IMG/VR virus record: IMGVR_UViG_3300030061_000857
DNA: 64,000 nt
From: an uncultured virus (IMG/VR IMGVR_UViG_3300030061_000857)
Lineage: Duplodnaviria; Heunggongvirae; Uroviricota; Caudoviricetes; Crassvirales
Direction: 5' to 3' (one strand)
The position numbers were made by a program, and so were the translations under genes. Under the pieces are notes generated by a model. That model was given only the letters and a program-made list of their open reading frames with translations. It was not told the origin of the DNA and ran no database searches. This document shows positions 40,084-47,506 of the stretch, piece by piece. Position 1 is the stretch's first letter, and every line of letters begins with the position of its first letter.

Positions 40084-40331
40084 GAGTTTAATTTATTTTC
40101 TACTTCCAACCAGTATATTCTTTCCGCTTGTGCTTGATCTGCTTGCTCTTCTAAGTTATCATTATAGTCATTAATTATCTTAATTGCAGCGCCTGCTTTT
40201 ATAATATCAATGTCCATATTATCAAACTTAAAGATAAGCAATTTCTTGCGAAGCGCAACCTCATATGCTAGTTTAAATTCATTTTCTCGGCATTCATCTA
40301 TCAATGAAAATACCCATTTCATCTGTCCCAT
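40080..40331 (-). CDS. Hypothetical early protein
   Basis: 83-aa ORF with ATGA overlap to polA. Confidence 0.65.
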   Translation of the reverse strand: MGQMKWVFSLIDECRENEFKLAYEVALRKKLLIFKFDNMDIDIIKAGAAIKIINDYNDNLEEQADQAQAERIYWLEVENKLNS

Positions 40332-40450
40332 TTGTGTCTATGTTTTAATAGTTCGCATACAATAAATCCTAAGACACCACCAAATATGAGCCATAGTACT
40401 TTTATCTCTACGATACTTGTTATTACTAATTTTGTTTCTTCTGCCATCAT
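40319..40450 (-). CDS. Small membrane protein (43 aa), absent from the ORF track
   Basis: MMAEETKLVITSIVEIKVLWLIFGGVLGFIVCELLKHRHKWDR*. One hydrophobic helix; ATGA overlap with the upstream gene. Confidence 0.6.
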   Translation of the reverse strand: MMAEETKLVITSIVEIKVLWLIFGGVLGFIVCELLKHRHKWDR

Positions 40451-40680
40451 GCGTTCCCAACTGTATTAGAAGGACCATTACTATTGCCTGGACCAAATGT
40501 GCCAAAACCTGCTGGCATTTTTTTACGTCTAGTTTTACCTAGCTTAGTCTTTTGTTCTTTTCTAAATAAATCCTTCATCGCCTCTTTGTCTTGATGTGCT
40601 GATGATTCATATATCACACCAGACACAAAACCAAATCCGTAGGCAGCGATTATACCTACAATTAAAAGTACTGTTTCCAT
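40447..40680 (-). CDS. Small membrane-anchored protein
   Basis: N-terminal hydrophobic helix VLLIVGIIAAYGFGFVSGVIY. Confidence 0.65.
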   Translation of the reverse strand: METVLLIVGIIAAYGFGFVSGVIYESSAHQDKEAMKDLFRKEQKTKLGKTRRKKMPAGFGTFGPGNSNGPSNTVGNA

Positions 40681-40699
40681 AATTTATTATTTAATTTAG

Positions 40700-40939
40700 T
40701 TATCTATTATTTATTTCTATAAAACGTTGTTCTATACCACTTGATTTTGTATTCCTAGTAGGTATGCCTGGATGAAATCCAAACTGCATCTGAAATGTTA
40801 AATCCTCATTTATAATCTTAGGTATTTCAACTGTTTTAATTATTTTTTCTCTAATTATTTTCTTTCCCTGAAAAATAATCTCTTCATTTACCACTGTACG
40901 TTTTACTATACGTGGTATCGTTCTATCATATCGTATCAT
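40700..40939 (-). CDS. Hypothetical early protein
   Basis: 79-aa ORF with an A-rich leader. Confidence 0.6.
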   Translation of the reverse strand: MIRYDRTIPRIVKRTVVNEEIIFQGKKIIREKIIKTVEIPKIINEDLTFQMQFGFHPGIPTRNTKSSGIEQRFIEINNR

Positions 40940-41087
40940 AAACTTATTTTAAATTATGTACAAGACAATGGGAAACGGTAGGCTCTCTTGCTCCGTTGTT
41001 AATAAGGACACCGCGCGCAGTGCCTGTTGTCGATTGTTATCTCGTCTCCCATTATCTTATACTAATACACAGATTGCGTCTGTATTA

Positions 41088-41678
41088 TTATAGCATCATG
41101 TCTGCCATGTCCTGCACTTGAGTCTCAACAACCTCGTTGACTCTATCATGCTGAACAAATGTGTGAGAAGGCTCGCTTATAGTCATCTTAGTGTTTCTAT
41201 AAATCTTTTGCCCATCTTTCAACAAGATCTCACCTGTTGCAGGATTAACTTTATGCCCTACACCATTAGCTTTTTGCCAGTCTGTTGGTGTAGTTGTCTC
41301 TGTAATCTCAACTCTAAGTTTATTACCATTAAACTCAGGATTAAGAATGTTAAGAGGTACAACTTGTCTAACTTTACCTGACTTACTAGTTACAGATACA
41401 AACTCTGAGTTCTCAATATCAAGTCCATCGATATTAAGTAAAGTCTCTACGTCTGTTATTGTAGCTGGAACCCAAGTGTATGTTTTACTACCTCTTTGGA
41501 ATCTTGGATCGCTAGCGTTCATCATTGCTAGCACATCATCTGTACCATTACCGCCACGATTAATATGTTCTACAAACTCAGCTCTGTAACCACCATTTGC
41601 AGTCTTTTCTACGTGAGTTAGTATTACGTCGTCTACTTTTAGAGTGTCTAGACTACCACTATTTAATTGATTTGCCAT
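41088..41678 (-). CDS. Hypothetical early protein (possibly nucleic-acid binding)
   Basis: Likely start MANQLNSG at 41678, preceded by the AACCAATTAAATA leader. Contains KVNPATGEILLKDGQKIYR. Confidence 0.65.
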   Translation of the reverse strand: MANQLNSGSLDTLKVDDVILTHVEKTANGGYRAEFVEHINRGGNGTDDVLAMMNASDPRFQRGSKTYTWVPATITDVETLLNIDGLDIENSEFVSVTSKSGKVRQVVPLNILNPEFNGNKLRVEITETTTPTDWQKANGVGHKVNPATGEILLKDGQKIYRNTKMTISEPSHTFVQHDRVNEVVETQVQDMADMML

Positions 41679-42202
41679 TTTAAAATATTTAATTGGTTTA
41701 TTATTGTGATAATTTGAGGTATTATCGTGACCTTTTGTAGTTAAAAGACTCTTATCATACACCTATCATCTATCAAAGTAGTAAATAGTATGTAGAGTTT
41801 GTGAGTCTTTTTAAATTATAAGAATAGTAGTCAAACCCCTCTCCTTATATGACTTTCAGTTTGCAACCCTAATATAATTACCTACTAACGTCGCAGTAAC
41901 TCTATATTAGCAAAAACTGAGGCATGGAGTGCACGTTCACCTAATCTAAGGTGTACCATGTGTGAACTATTCTAGAAGTTAACTAAGGATAGGCAAACAA
42001 GTTATTATGAAAACACAACGTTAGTTGTAATTAATTATAAAAACCTATCCTTAGTTATTAAGTGTTATATTGTATTATGTAAACAATTACAATAGTTGTT
42101 GATTTAGGCTTAAATCGTGCGAATACAGCCTAGTGCGCACACTTACACGTTGAATAGCAAGTGTTTTTGATTGTTGTGCGTATGTTTTTTGATTGTGCGT
42201 GT

Positions 42203-42224
42203 AAAAAAGGGACAAAGTCCCTTA
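42203..42224 (-). terminator. Intrinsic terminator after the first early gene
   Basis: The - strand reads AAGGGAC-ttt-GTCCCTT followed by TTTT, just after the stop at 42228. Confidence 0.7.
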
Positions 42225-42227
42225 ATA

Positions 42228-42482
42228 TTACCACACAAACTTCATGCGAACTTCTCCACTTTTAGTAGTAAAAGGCTCTCCGTCCTCATTAACCATAGGT
42301 TTAAGAGTAAAGCCTTGTGGCATTTTAAAAGTAGAGCCTGGTTCTAGATTTAAAATAGAGGATGCATTTACATAACCAGCAATGCTATCCATAGAGAATG
42401 GATTAGATGCAGTAGTAATGAACGCAGATTTACCAGATTGTGAGAAGTATTTTAGTGTAGCTGTGATTAAATTATTTTCCAT
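42228..42482 (-). CDS. Hypothetical protein, first gene of the - strand block
   Basis: MENNLITATL... (84 aa), followed by a terminator. Confidence 0.65.
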   Translation of the reverse strand: MENNLITATLKYFSQSGKSAFITTASNPFSMDSIAGYVNASSILNLEPGSTFKMPQGFTLKPMVNEDGEPFTTKSGEVRMKFVW

Positions 42483-42632
42483 AACGCAATTTTGTATTAA
42501 CACCAGTATCCCAATACGGGGTACTTTAAGTGCGTTGTATAGCGGGGGTCATTGACTGTGTTGGTTAGTACGCTCACAAAACCTGTTAAAAAAAATTTTT
42601 TGGTAATTTTATTTTTTTATTCAAAGTTTTTA

Positions 42633-42640
42633 TATCTTTG
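42633..42640 (+). promoter_or_regulatory. Bacteroidota -7 promoter element (TATCTTTG)
   Basis: Matches TAnnTTTG in an AT-rich context directly before the structured RNA candidate. Confidence 0.65.
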
Positions 42641-42643
42641 CAC

Positions 42644-42900
42644 TGCAACATTATTCATCCCCCGGTAACCAAAAAAGGGATTAGACATCGGATTGTAGTC
42701 TCAAATAGAGATAGAGTTTTCTCCGGTAGTTGCAAAAGAGTTAAGGTATAAGCTCTAGTTAGGATACAATGCACACAGGTAAGTGCGATGAATTAACATC
42801 AGTTTTAGTATCCTTGGGTCCCGTAAAACGGAGCACTGCTAGAGTGAAATCACAACTTGAAAAAGAATCCTCAAGGGGGAGAGCTATATTTTCTCCACAG
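42644..42900 (+). ncRNA. Candidate structured non-coding RNA (~255 nt)
   Basis: GC-richer island between two promoters with about 9 nested helices; G-U pairs work on the + strand (see findings). Confidence 0.55.
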
Positions 42901-42903
42901 ATA

Positions 42904-42936
42904 TTTGGAAATGTAAAAAAATTGTTTATATATTTG
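42904..42936 (+). promoter_or_regulatory. Bacteroidota promoter (TTTG-N21-TATATTTG) upstream of groES
   Basis: TTTG at 42904-42907 and TATATTTG at 42929-42936. Confidence 0.75.
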
Positions 42937-42953
42937 TAAAAAAATATATAGAT

Positions 42954-43223
42954 ATGAAATTTAAACCAAGTGGAAGCTGGATAGTCCTTCCGGACCCAGT
43001 AATTACAGAAACAGAATCAGGAATAATATTAGATGAAGCTACGGCTATGGAGAACTCTAAACGATCAAACGTTTTGGAGGCGATAGCTGTTGGGCCTCAT
43101 TGTAACTTTGTAGAAAAAGGTGACACTGTAATGGTAGATCCTAGATCAGAGGCTGCAAGAACAGAAATAGATGGTAAATTATACCTAATTATTTCAGAAC
43201 ATCAAATATTAGGCAAGTGGTAA
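42954..43223 (+). CDS. groES: Co-chaperonin GroES/Cpn10
   Basis: MKFKP, TESGIIL mobile loop, AIAVGP, VEKGDTV, YLIISEHQILG. Confidence 0.85.
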   Translation: MKFKPSGSWIVLPDPVITETESGIILDEATAMENSKRSNVLEAIAVGPHCNFVEKGDTVMVDPRSEAARTEIDGKLYLIISEHQILGKW

Positions 43224-43453
43224 CAGGACAAGTTACTCTAAGTTTAGAAGATTACCATACTTTACTAGAGGCATCTAAAAAGGCTGCAGAATTAAGACAA
43301 AACACTGAACTGTTATTAAAAGAGTTACAAGTGTTTTTGTCGTTTATGGCTACACGTACAGAAATAGAACCTTACATAGTAGAGTTTAACAAGCAATCTA
43401 AAACATCTGTTATAGAAATAAACGGAGGTATTGCAAAAATTAAAGAAAAATGA
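43217..43453 (+). CDS. Hypothetical protein
   Basis: 78-aa coupled ORF. Confidence 0.65.
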   Translation: MVTGQVTLSLEDYHTLLEASKKAAELRQNTELLLKELQVFLSFMATRTEIEPYIVEFNKQSKTSVIEINGGIAKIKEK

Positions 43454-43779
43454 AAAGAAAAATAACAGTAACTATGGATACTACGTATAAATACGTACAA
43501 TTATGGAATGGTATTTTTAATTTAACAGAAAAAGGACTACAAATATTAGCTGCATTTATAGATGTACAGATAATTACAGAAGAACAAAACTTTTGTAGCG
43601 TAAAAAACAAGAAAGAAGTAGCAAGAATAGTAGGTATTAAAGATTATAATACGTTAAATAATTATATTAAGAGATTTAAAGATAAAGGTGTAGTATCTAA
43701 GAAAGATAATAATTATAAATTAAATAATTTACTAAATCCTAGTACATCATCTGTAGAAATAACAATAAATAAAGAATAA
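43450..43779 (+). CDS. Putative winged-helix DNA-binding protein
   Basis: LTEKGLQIL...KKEVARIVGI...TLNNYIKRFKDKGVV..YKLN pattern of wHTH proteins. Confidence 0.6.
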   Translation: MKRKITVTMDTTYKYVQLWNGIFNLTEKGLQILAAFIDVQIITEEQNFCSVKNKKEVARIVGIKDYNTLNNYIKRFKDKGVVSKKDNNYKLNNLLNPSTSSVEITINKE

Positions 43780-43895
43780 TGAAGATATTTGAGCAAATAG
43801 TGCCATCATATTTTGAGATAGGCGATATGGAGATTATAATTTTACAAGATACTATGGGTAATTGTTTAACTATAAAGATTAATTATTATGAGTGA
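43779..43895 (+). CDS. Small hypothetical protein (38 aa), absent from the ORF track
   Basis: MKIFEQIVPSYFEIGDMEIIILQDTMGNCLTIKINYYE*. TAATG coupling upstream and overlap with the next start. Confidence 0.55.
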   Translation: MKIFEQIVPSYFEIGDMEIIILQDTMGNCLTIKINYYE

Positions 43896-44193
43896 TACTG
43901 AAAAACCAGTGCCACCATCATTATTTAATATGATTAGTTCTTTTGCTAGAGATTTAAAAGAATATGTAAAACAAGGCGCACCAAATGTTACAACAGAAGA
44001 TTATATACAAAGATTAGAAGAATGTAATAGGTGTGAACACTTAATACGAGAAAAAATGCGTTGTGGATTATGTGGATGTTTATTAGAACACAAAGCAAAG
44101 TGGAAAACAACTAAATGTCCAGACTTAAGATGGAAAGAACAAATATTAGATGGCGAAAGACAAGAAAGCAATAATACAAACGCTAGCAACTAA
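43888..44193 (+). CDS. Small Cys-rich putative metal-binding protein
   Basis: RLEECNRC...CGLCGC...KCP..RW. Confidence 0.7.
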   Translation: MSDTEKPVPPSLFNMISSFARDLKEYVKQGAPNVTTEDYIQRLEECNRCEHLIREKMRCGLCGCLLEHKAKWKTTKCPDLRWKEQILDGERQESNNTNASN

Positions 44194-44371
44194 ATATAAT
44201 TTACCTTTAAAAAAGGTAGAAGAAATAGTAAACCATCAGTTTAAGTTTGTAGAAAAGATAATGAAGAATGGAAAATTTGAAATGGTAAGATTACCATATT
44301 TTGGTAAGTTTTCTGTAAACCCTAAAAGGGTAGAACATATAAATAAATTAAAAGATGAGTCTAAGGGATGA
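44150..44371 (+). CDS. HU/IHF-like DNA-binding protein
   Basis: IIQTLATKYNL..KKVEEIV...VRLPYFGKFSV. Confidence 0.8.
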   Translation: MAKDKKAIIQTLATKYNLPLKKVEEIVNHQFKFVEKIMKNGKFEMVRLPYFGKFSVNPKRVEHINKLKDESKG

Positions 44372-44876
44372 TTTAATACACATAATAGATAATAGAGCTA
44401 CACCTAGTGCATATGCATTAACTGTAAATGAGTTTAAAAATTTAACAGTAGAAGAACTAGCTTTTGTATATTTTACAACAGATCATAAATCACCTTTTTC
44501 TGTTTACGAGTGGGAACAACGTATAATTGAAGTAAAAAATAGTATATTTGGAAAAAAGAATAACTTTAAACCAAGCGCAGAAGTTTTAGCAGCTTGTGAA
44601 AAGTATGATAAATTGATTGAAACCTCAGCTGTTAGGTTACTACGAGCAGCAAGAGAATCTGTTATAAAATTAGAAAAGTATTTTAGAGATATAGATTTAA
44701 CTTTAGTAGATGACAATGGCAGACCTATTTTTCATGCAAAAGATTTAATTAGCAATTTAGAAAAAATGGGTAAAGTAGTAGATGGGCTTAGAAACTTAGA
44801 AGAAATAGTAAAAAAAGAAGAACAAGCAGCTAATACTAATAGAGGAGGGATTGAAGTAAATAAATATAGTATGTAA
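44355..44876 (+). CDS. Conserved-type hypothetical protein (possible small terminase)
   Basis: Helical 173-aa protein ending NRGG..., two genes upstream of TerL. Function inferred from position only. Confidence 0.5.
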   Translation: MSLRDDLIHIIDNRATPSAYALTVNEFKNLTVEELAFVYFTTDHKSPFSVYEWEQRIIEVKNSIFGKKNNFKPSAEVLAACEKYDKLIETSAVRLLRAARESVIKLEKYFRDIDLTLVDDNGRPIFHAKDLISNLEKMGKVVDGLRNLEEIVKKEEQAANTNRGGIEVNKYSM

Positions 44877-45175
44877 TGGATTTTTTAGAAGATTTAGCAC
44901 TTTATGAACGAGCAATGCAAAATGCTTATATGTTGATAACTAAGAAAAAAACTGTTGACGACTTTTATTACGATTTAGAGAATGATAGCATAGATGATTT
45001 TCCTTTGCCATTTGATCCTCTACAAACTGATGGCAGACATACAGATGTAATAGATGTTGTGATAGAATATTTTACAAGCACAGAAGAATATGAGAAATGT
45101 GCTGAGTTAGTTAAAATAAAAAATAAATGCTTAAAGAAACAGACAGAGTCAGACCAGCCGCCATTGAATTTATAA
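44876..45175 (+). CDS. Hypothetical protein with UVR-like C-terminal helix pair
   Basis: YFTSTEEYEKCAELVK. Confidence 0.6.
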   Translation: MDFLEDLALYERAMQNAYMLITKKKTVDDFYYDLENDSIDDFPLPFDPLQTDGRHTDVIDVVIEYFTSTEEYEKCAELVKIKNKCLKKQTESDQPPLNL

Positions 45176-47091
45176 ATAATGGTTACTATACATCTGCACT
45201 TCCAGGCACTCGAGAGTATTATGAGTTTTGGGATGAAGAACAAAACAGATGTATGTATGGGTATAAAGTAGGGGATTTAGAAATAACTGGATTTCATTAC
45301 TTTTATTTAAACTATTGTCCTATTGATAGAGCTGTAGATGAGCTATTACCTGATGGTACAATGCAAGCAAAACGTGAGCGTACATTCCCTAGATTTTATG
45401 ATGGAGATTATGAATATTTTCATGAGATAGATAAAGCAAGAGCAGCAAATAAACATATGATAGTTTTAAAAGCAAGACGTAAGGGATATTCTTACAAAGC
45501 TGGATCTATGCTTGCTAGAAATTACTTTTTTGTTAGAAATAGTAAAAACTTTGTATTTGCATCCTCCAAAGAATTTTTAATTGGTGACGGACTACTCTCA
45601 AAAGCTTGGGAGTTTTTATCTTTTATAGATGATCATACTGCATGGTCTCAACCAAGATTAAGAGACAGAGAAATGCATAAAATATCTGGGTATAAGAAAA
45701 AAGTAAATGGAATGGAGATAGAAATGGGTATGAAGTCTCAAATTATAGGTGTATCTCTAAAAGATAATCCAGATAAAGTAAGGGGTAAGGCAGGTGAGTT
45801 AGTATTTTTTGAAGAAGCAGGATCTTTCCCTGGATTACTAAAAGCATGGGAGGTAACAATGCCAACAATGAGACAAGGTGCTAAAACATTAGGGATGATG
45901 GTAGCATTTGGTACAGGTGGTACAGATGGATCTGACTTTGAAGCTATGGAAGAAATATTTTACAATCCAGCAGCATATGATTGTATGGATTATGAAAATG
46001 TATGGGATGAAGGAGCTATGGGTACAAGATGTGGTTACTTTATACCAATACAAAAAAACTTAGACGGATTTATAGATGATCAAGGTAATTCTATAGAGCA
46101 AGATGCTTTAGAATACGAACAAGAAATGAGGGAGAAGAAAAAAGGGGCTGCAGATGCAAAATCTTTAGACCAATATATAGCTGAGCACCCCTTTTCACCT
46201 CAAGAAGCAACACTGCAAATAACATCTAATTTATTTGACATTGCAACATTACAAGAACAATATAATAATATAAAAGCTAGAAATTTACAATCAATAGGTA
46301 CTGCAGGTAGATTATATCATAATGAGAAAGGAGAAGTTAAGTTTAAAATAGATGGTGATTTAAAACCTATAACTAAATTTCCACACAGAAAAGATGATGA
46401 TAAGACAGGAGCAATTGTAATATACGAAGCACCGTATAAAAATCAAGAACAACAAGTACCTTTAAATTTATATGTAATTTGTCATGACCCTTATGGTCAA
46501 AATCAATCAGCAGACTCTATGTCATTAGGATCTGCATATGTATTAAAAAGACCTAACAATTTATCACAACCAGATGATATAATTGTAGCCTCATATGTAG
46601 GTAGACCACACTCACAAGATGATTATAACAGAAATTTGTTTATGTTAGCAGACTATTATGGGTGTAAAATAGGATTTGAGAATGATAGAGGTGAGGTAAT
46701 AGCATATGCAAAACGTTTTAGAAAAATGCATAAATTACAAGAAGAATTTGAGATGTTAGACAAAAAAGAACTAAGAAGTAAGAACGTAAAGCGTCAATAT
46801 GGGATGCATATGACTGAAGCAAGGAAGCGTCAAGGTGAGATATATATAAGAGACTGGCTAAACACAGTTAGGAGTACTGATGAGACAGGAAAAAAATTAT
46901 TAAATTTACATAAGATATATGATCCAGCTTTACTAACAGAATTAATTAAATTTAATCACAGTGGTAACTTTGACCGTGTAATGTCTTTAATGATAGGCAT
47001 GTATCATACAAGGGAATTGTATAACGCTGAGGTAAAAGACATCATAGAAGATAGAGCTACAGATAAGTGGTTCGAACAAAACTATTATTAA
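45127..47091 (+). CDS. terL: Terminase large subunit
   Basis: ITGFHYFYLNY, LKARRKGYS (Walker A), FFEEAG (Walker B), FGTGG, HDPY, GNFDRV nuclease motifs. Confidence 0.95.
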   Translation: MLKETDRVRPAAIEFINNGYYTSALPGTREYYEFWDEEQNRCMYGYKVGDLEITGFHYFYLNYCPIDRAVDELLPDGTMQAKRERTFPRFYDGDYEYFHEIDKARAANKHMIVLKARRKGYSYKAGSMLARNYFFVRNSKNFVFASSKEFLIGDGLLSKAWEFLSFIDDHTAWSQPRLRDREMHKISGYKKKVNGMEIEMGMKSQIIGVSLKDNPDKVRGKAGELVFFEEAGSFPGLLKAWEVTMPTMRQGAKTLGMMVAFGTGGTDGSDFEAMEEIFYNPAAYDCMDYENVWDEGAMGTRCGYFIPIQKNLDGFIDDQGNSIEQDALEYEQEMREKKKGAADAKSLDQYIAEHPFSPQEATLQITSNLFDIATLQEQYNNIKARNLQSIGTAGRLYHNEKGEVKFKIDGDLKPITKFPHRKDDDKTGAIVIYEAPYKNQEQQVPLNLYVICHDPYGQNQSADSMSLGSAYVLKRPNNLSQPDDIIVASYVGRPHSQDDYNRNLFMLADYYGCKIGFENDRGEVIAYAKRFRKMHKLQEEFEMLDKKELRSKNVKRQYGMHMTEARKRQGEIYIRDWLNTVRSTDETGKKLLNLHKIYDPALLTELIKFNHSGNFDRVMSLMIGMYHTRELYNAEVKDIIEDRATDKWFEQNYY

Positions 47092-47092
47092 T

Positions 47093-47428
47093 ATGAATAA
47101 AGCAAAAGATTGTAAACCTTATAACCCTCTGCCAGAATACTTGGCGATTGGACCATCAGATATTCACGGAGCGGGGATCCTAGCAAAAGAAGATATTCCG
47201 GGAGAGGTAGTTATAGGTATTACACATGTATACGATCCAAACTTTCAACACAATTATATTAGAACACCATTAGGAGGATTTATTAACCATAGTAATGATG
47301 CTAACTGTGAATTGATGGATAAAGATGAGGATTATCATTATAAGGTGATAAAAACAAAACGTAAGATAGAGGCAGGAGAAGAGCTGACTTTAAAATACAG
47401 TTTGTATGATATATGTAATTATTTGTAG
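47093..47428 (+). CDS. SET-domain protein (putative lysine methyltransferase)
   Basis: SDIHGAGILAKEDIP, FINHSNDANC and IEAGEELTLKY: the GxG, NHS and ELxxxY SET motifs. Confidence 0.9.
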   Translation: MNKAKDCKPYNPLPEYLAIGPSDIHGAGILAKEDIPGEVVIGITHVYDPNFQHNYIRTPLGGFINHSNDANCELMDKDEDYHYKVIKTKRKIEAGEELTLKYSLYDICNYL

Positions 47429-47506
47429 TGGTATATTTATAATACCAACTTTGTAATTAGTATTACACAAAAAACGAGAGGTAAAATTTATTAAATTTGT
47501 AAGATT

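Noticed and set aside
41679..41762. N-terminal extensions in the ORF track (also 1490, 34262, 38130, 42503)
   Set aside because: Downstream ATGs mostly have better A-rich leaders or gene coupling; several extensions overlap other genes or regulatory motifs.
40900..42950. tRNA, tmRNA or CRISPR array in the intergenic regions
   Set aside because: No T-loop/acceptor-stem pattern and no regularly spaced repeat-spacer units.
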